In this document: piece by piece, positions 57,961 through 64,000 of the stretch
Layout of the letters: each line of letters begins with the position of its first letter
Numbering within the stretch: the stretch's first letter is position 1
DNA from: the human T2T-CHM13v2.0 reference genome, Homo sapiens
Direction: 5' to 3' (one strand)
Length of the DNA: 64,000 nucleotides
NCBI RefSeq assembly: GCF_009914755.1
Contig: NC_060937.1
Notes under the pieces: generated by a model
What the model saw: only the letters and a program-made list of their open reading frames with translations
Database searches by the model: none
What the model was told of the DNA's origin: nothing
Position numbers and translations under genes: made by a program

Positions 57961-60502
57961 ATGATATATTTACATATATGTCTATACAAATAAATAATCT
58001 ATCATCTATGTATGTATCTATCTATCATAAAGAAGAGATAAAGTAGAGAGTAATAAATATTTTATTACTTTGTTGATGTAAAATGACCAAAGCATAATAT
58101 TGGTTGTTTGAAACACATTCTATCAATTTACTTCCTGAGGTTTTAACAAATGTTGATTGCGAGATAAAATAAGAATATAAATGACATATTTTCAAATGAC
58201 TTGATTAGATTTTGAGATACATTTTTTTCCAGTAATCCAGTAGCTAAAGGAATAGGGAATGGTGCTATGTGAAACAGCATGATATTATCCAGAACACAGC
58301 TGCATGTTCTAATATTTTATTTATGTTATCATTACACATATATAATGTTAAATGTTGCATTATGTCAATGAAATGTTTTCAAAAAATACTTTTGAAAAGG
58401 AAGTGTTCTTCATAGAATCACTGTTTCTCTTTTAGTTTATTTTATTCCGTGGCATTTATCATCATATTTTGTAATTTAATTAAATGATGCCAAATTAGAT
58501 GGCAGACAGGTAAAAAATGAAATTTAGCAGCTGGTAGTGCATGACAGTTTTTCTATTAAAACTAATATGTTTTATGAGTGATGGGACGATTAAATGGCTA
58601 TGTTAAAATTTATATGAATAATCAATTCATTGGGTGCAGGTCATGCAGTATATATTTTAATGATTTGAAGTGACAATGTTAATGGAGTAATTCTACTAAC
58701 AAGCCCATCTTGATCTATTCATTCTATAAATAGTTGACTAGCCCTATTAATCAAGCTTCGTGCTAGATAAAGCCTTATGTATTGGAAATCACAGCTCTCA
58801 ATAATTGAAAACCTAGATGAATATTGAATGATAGTGGGTTAAAGTTGAAGAAAATAAGAAAAGGGAAGGAGATGTGAGCATGGCTATAATGTATATTTGG
58901 AAGATGAGAGTATTTGCTCAAAACATCTTTTACAATACTTAGCTAAGTCTTAAGCTAAATCACTCTTTAAACTAGGAGGGAATAAACACAGGTTTTATGT
59001 ATGAATGCATTTATATTGTTGTGGTTTTTATTGTCACTGTTGTCACTTAACCAAAAACCTGTGCTTCAGTTTGGTTGTTATGTTTAACATTAACTTTTTA
59101 TTTCCAACTATTCTCAGATCTGTTTAAATATTCTAACTGATTCATAAATTTTTCATGGTATATATATATATATATTTTTTTGCCAAATATACAAGGTTAG
59201 TAAACTCAGAATAATAATATTATCAATTGTAATTGTCATATACACTTTGATTCTCCATCTATAAAAAATACCTTCCTATCTGAGATCATGCATTTCCTTA
59301 TTTTTTCTTTTATGCATTATGGATAATATATTTACTAGCTTCATTATACTCAATAAGCAATTACGTTTATTAAGCTTGTCTTTAAGCCTATCGCTCCTAT
59401 TGTAGCAATAAACCAATTCTTTGCATATAATTTTTAAAATTTAATAATTTTTTGAAGAAAAATGAAAAAGAATAGAATTGTAAATTATAATAGAGTGAAA
59501 TATGTAATAGGTGAACAATATTGCATTAGCTTCCCAGAAGTCACACAAAAGATACTGGCTACTCATGATTATCAAGAGGTTTTAAATGTAATTGAAAATT
59601 CAAATGTTTTATGGAATATTCAAAATAAAACCAAGAAAAATTACAGGAAATGGAATTTTATATGTGATTACATGTGTGTGTGTGTGTTGTGTGTAATTTT
59701 AGCCTTGCTTTTAACTTAGTGGTAAGAGAAAAAGATTTTGCCATATTTGCACCATTTTTGCCAACACTTCTGATTTTTTTCCTTTTAACTATTATTAAAT
59801 ATTTAGGATTTTAAAAATTCCAGAATTATTTACACAGATAAAATATGTTAAGCAATGGATCATGATGCTATTGAAGTAGAACAGAAAATGACGTTTTTGA
59901 GTAATCAGGCTGTTCCACTTAATCAAAGCATGCTTAATTAGGGAGCCCTCTTAATTGGGACTTTCCCATCTTATCAAATCCAGCCTAATAACACTCAACT
60001 GTAAAGACAGGTGCTTAATTGGGATAGTAATTCTAGATAATTGGGGGTGCCTGCGGGTGACCAAGAGTAGCTTACATCAATCTGATTTGAAGATATTATG
60101 CCTTTGTAGGTGTCTCCTACTGCGCTTATTTGCTTTCCAAGAATGACCTCTCCACTGTTAAATGAACAAATGTCCTTTTAGCACTGACTGCTGGAATTTT
60201 CTGTTTCTATCTCGGTTTTCAATCACACTATAATTCTTAAGTTTTCTTTTATTATAAAATAACTACATATTATTTTACATAGGATAAATTTATTATTAGC
60301 ACTTTCAATTGAATTTTAAAGCAAATAATTAGCAAAAGCTAGGAAATCAAATACCACAGATTAAATATGCTCTAAGACACTAAATTATAAAGAATAATAA
60401 TTAACACCTTTGTTCTCTGAAATACAATAATTCATCATGTGTAAATAGATTACTTAGCTTAATTTCTTTTTACTTCCATACCATTTAGAAAGTTCAGTTC
60501 CT

Positions 60503-60810
60503 GGCCGGGTGCAGTGGCTCACGCCTGTAATCCCAGTACTTTGGGAGGCCGAGGAGGGCGGATCACGAGGTCAGGAAATCGAGACCATCCTGGCTAACAT
60601 GGTGAAACCCCGTCTCTACTAAAAATACAAAAACAAAATTAGCCGGGTGTGTTGGCCGGCGCCTGTAGTCCCAGCACTCGGGAGGCTGAGGCGGGAGAAT
60701 GGCGTGAACCCGGGAGGCGGAGCTTGCTGTAAGCCGAGATCGTGCCACTGCACTCCAGCCTGGGCGACAGAGTGAGACTCCGTCTCAAAAAAAAAAAAAA
60801 AAAAAAAAAG
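60503..60810 (+). mobile_element. AluY
   Basis: GGATCACGAGGTCAGG, GAGACCATCCTGGCTAAC, AATGGCGTGAACCCGGG; TSD AGAAAGTTCAGTTCCT (60487-60502) / AGAAAGTCAGTCAGTTCCT (60811-60829). Confidence 0.97.
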
Positions 60811-61559
60811 AGAAAGTCAGTCAGTTCCTACTATAGTATGTGTTATATTGGGCATATTCACAGATATCAGATTATTTGACTAGCATCAAAATGCTGGTCC
60901 CATTCCCCCCAAATAGCAGATACTCAAATTAGCTGACTGAATTTGGAAACGTAAACTTTTTTCTATTTAATTAGCTATTTTTAATTAAATTAGATTATTA
61001 AAACAATGCACATAATAAAATTTCATTTTATTCTGTTTCACTTATGAAGCCTGTAAACTCATTGGATGAGGTAGAATTTTCTATAAATATACTTCCAATT
61101 AGAACAAATTTCTTTCTTTAATTCTTTTTAATAAAATTTTTAGTAAGAGTGGTGTTAATATTGATGTTTATCCCTTTAAGCCAAGACACATAATATTTTA
61201 CAGCTGAATGTGGATGTCTTTAAGAGCCATAGAAAAGTTATATTAATTTATTGTAAATAAAAATTCTGTACAATTAAAATCCCTGAAAATTAAAAACAAT
61301 CTTTATGAGGCTGTTTTTAAGTTAGTAATTTTAATAACTTTACAAAGGAACATTTTAGATATAGCCCATTTTTTTAAGTATGAACTGTAACTTGAACTTA
61401 TATGCACTATATATTGTTAAAAATCATTTCAGTAAAACATTCTAGAAGAGAACACTAATAAACTTAACCTAATTTTAAATTTAAATATTATTCTAGTTTA
61501 TTGTTTCTGGGGCTTTCTTTTTATTTTAAATTTCAAAAGTGAAGGTATGTTTCCAGTAA

Positions 61560-62407
61560 AAATAAAATTGGCAATGATTTCAAATTTGGGCAAGGTTATG
61601 GAATCACAGAAACCCTCATTGGTTGCTGATAGAAATCCAGAATACTACAGAGCACTTTCAAGAACAGTTTGGTATTTTCTTAGGAAGCTAAACATAAACT
61701 TACCAGAAGATCCACCAATCACACTTATATGTATATACTTCAATTAAGTTAAAAATTTACCTTTACACAAAAACCTGCATATCAATGTTGATAGCAACGG
61801 TATTTCTAATTGCAAAGAAAGAAAAAAAAAGAAGCAGTCAATATGTCCTGAAATAGTTGAATGGGCAAACTCTTTATATTCATACAATGAGATTTTGTTT
61901 AGTGATTTAAAAAGAGCTATCAAACCGTGAAAAAACATTAAGTAACTCTAAATGCACAGACTTAAGCAAAAGAAGCCAATTTGCAAAAGATCATGCCATC
62001 TTATTCCAACTATATGACATTCTGGAAAAGGAAAATGATAGAGATGGTATAGATAAAGATCTTTGGTTGTCCAGATTTTGAAGAAAGTGAGGAATGAATA
62101 GGCAGAGCACAGGGATTTTGTGGGTAGTAAACCATTCTACTTTACATTCTAATGGTGCATTAATGACATTCTGCATTTTCCAAAACCAGTAGAACTTACA
62201 TAGCAAAAATAATGAACCTTATTGTAAACTATAGACTTTAGTTAATATATTAATACAGGTTCACAAACTAACAAATTTGCCACACAAACGCAGAATGTTA
62301 AAAATAGAGGAAATGGGGTTGAGGGTTACATGGGAGCTCTCTGCACTAAATGCTCAATTTTTCTGCAAACTAAGCTATTCTAAGAATAAAGTATTAATTA
62401 AATAAAA
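61560..62407 (+). mobile_element. L1MC (L1MC1/2-like) 3' end
   Basis: ACACAAAAACCTGCA, GAGCTATCAAACCGTGAAAA, GAATAGGCAGAGCACAGGGATTTT, GTAAACTATAGACTTTAGTTAATA. Confidence 0.85.
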
Positions 62408-62435
62408 GTTAACAGACCTATTCAAATGAAGAAGA

Positions 62436-62687
62436 GAAAACAACAGATTCAGGAGAAGCTGAGGAGAAAAGTGAATGCTTATACACTGTTGATGAGAATT
62501 TAAATTAGTTCAGCCACTATGAAAAGTATTTGGGAGATTTCTCCAAGAATTTGAAACAGAACTACAATTTGACCCAGCAATCCCATTACAGAGTATGTAT
62601 CCAAAAGAAAAGAAAATAAAAAGAAACATGCCCTCAGATGTTTATGGCAGCACTATTCACAATAGCAAAGACACGGAATCAACTTAG
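62436..62687 (+). mobile_element. L1PA15/16-like ORF2-end fragment, truncated at both ends
   Basis: GAATGCTTATACACTGTTG, TTTGACCCAGCAATCCCATTAC, CACAATAGCAAAGACACGGAATCAAC. Confidence 0.8.
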
Positions 62688-62771
62688 TCTTGAACTCCTG
62701 AACTCAGGTGGTCCGCTCACCTCAGCCTCCCAAAGTGCTGGGATTACAGGCATGAGCCACCACTCCCAGCT
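62687..62771 (-). mobile_element. AluS 5' fragment (first ~85 nt only)
   Basis: GTCTTGAACTCCTGAACTCAGGTG...CAAAGTGCTGGGATTACAGGCATGAGCCAC; no right arm or tail. Confidence 0.9.
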
Positions 62772-62862
62772 GACTCAATATTCTTATAGAGAAAACAATA
62801 GCACTGTAAAAAGCACATTTAGAGGGAAAGGTGAAGATACAACTTAAACAATGATATCAATC

Positions 62863-63210
62863 ATCAAAATCAGACGAGGTTCAGAAAATACCACCCAGAA
62901 ATATGGGCAGGCAGTATTTATAGACAGAAAAAGGAAGTGATATACAGAAAGCGCTTGACTGGTGGCTGGTCATTTGCCCTATTTGGAAGTGGTGTGATAA
63001 GGCATGTGCCTTATATGGACATGATTTTCTTACTTGGCAATCTGTGATTGGCTAAACTCAGTGTCATGATTTGACAAAACTCACCTATTTGCTATAAGAA
63101 TATTCAAAGTTATGTTTCTGGTGACTTACCTACTAAGTTAGGTTGCAGTTCTCTACATAAAAACTTAAAGTATTGAGGCAGCCTTAAGCCAAATTTAGTT
63201 TAATTTAATA
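62863..63210 (-). mobile_element. ERV1 LTR, MER57E/LTR54-like (3' LTR, distal end missing)
   Basis: GGGCAGGCAGTATTTATAGACAGAAA (TATA box on minus), TACTAAGTTAGGTTGCAGTT, CCAAATTTAGTTTAATTTAA; purine tract AGGGAGAT adjacent on minus. Confidence 0.75.
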
Positions 63211-64000
63211 ATCTCCCTTAATTTCAGCCTCTCAATTTTGAGAAATTGACAAAAATTTGGACATTGACCCTATCCTTTGACACCATCACAATGAACTGGC
63301 TTGGTTTCAGTATGGAATTTAAATTAATTACATCAACTGAATGATTATATTCTCTTTATGTTTTCACTATTCAAATGTAGTGAGACCATTTGATGTACAA
63401 TGGATGGCTACATCAGCGAATTAGGACTATTTAGAGAATACAGCACACCAGGAAGAAAAATATGATGTCTGTCAGAAGTATAATATGAAAAGACTAAAGT
63501 ATACTCTTTTACTCGAGCCACCACAAATCGGGACAATTAAAATAAAATATATTGAAAATGAGCCAGAAGAATTGTATATTTGTTTTTATCAATTAGCTTC
63601 TTTGTTGATTTCTTGTAACTGAGTTTTTATCACAGTAGATACATGGCCTTATCCACGTGCAGCAGAAACTGTTAGTTATTGTATACACACTCCCCTGTTT
63701 ACCAATAAAATGTCCAAGGCAAATCATGCTAACTAAAGCAATTTAAGCAAGACAATGTAAGGTTTTCTGAAAAATCATAGTCTTTGCAGTAGTAAGTTAA
63801 AGTAGACAATGTTTGAAGCAAAAGTCTAATAATCTATTTTACATTTATGTCAAACCAGAAAAGGCTACTAGAAGATGACCACTTAGATTCTACCAAAAAA
63901 TGTCCATTCAGAGAGATGTATGCCTGCTGACAAATTAAATTCTTCTTTATTCCATTGTTCAGATAAAGAAGTATTCAATTTTCAATTTGTCTTGGAGTGA
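63211..64000 (-). mobile_element. ERV1 internal region with degraded env TM remnant (runs off the window)
   Basis: Minus-strand translation of ~63647-63720 gives ALDILL, a frameshift, then QGSVYTITNSFCCTWI: immunosuppressive-domain and CX6CC-like motifs. Confidence 0.75.

Overview
AT-rich primate (human/great-ape-like, judged from AluY and L1PA2/3 copies) non-coding DNA, either gene desert or the interior of a large intron. I find no supportable host protein-coding exon, RNA gene or CpG island. Every ORF in the track with recognisable homology comes from a repeat (L1 ORF2, antisense Alu, THE1 internal, ERVL pol). Much of the window is layered retroelements: four L1s with twin-priming 5' inversions, about ten Alu pieces, many MaLR/ERVL/ERV1 LTRs, a full-length THE1 element, two ERVL internal relics, an ERV1 env remnant and a few DNA-transposon MITEs. 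I see no new gene system. The unusual signals are rearrangement scars: (1) an L1/flank junction at ~3.1 kb copied into a different L1 at ~17.9 kb; (2) ~100-bp inverted repeats bracketing a ~1.3-kb AT-rich minisatellite inside that L1; (3) a 32-bp templated inverted insertion filling a deletion at ~39 kb; (4) an orphan ~200-nt poly(A)-tailed insert with its own AATAAA at ~54 kb; (5) several perfect fold-back hairpins and local duplications. Repeat subfamily names were matched by eye to remembered consensus sequences and no alignment was run, so names and old-element boundaries are approximate.
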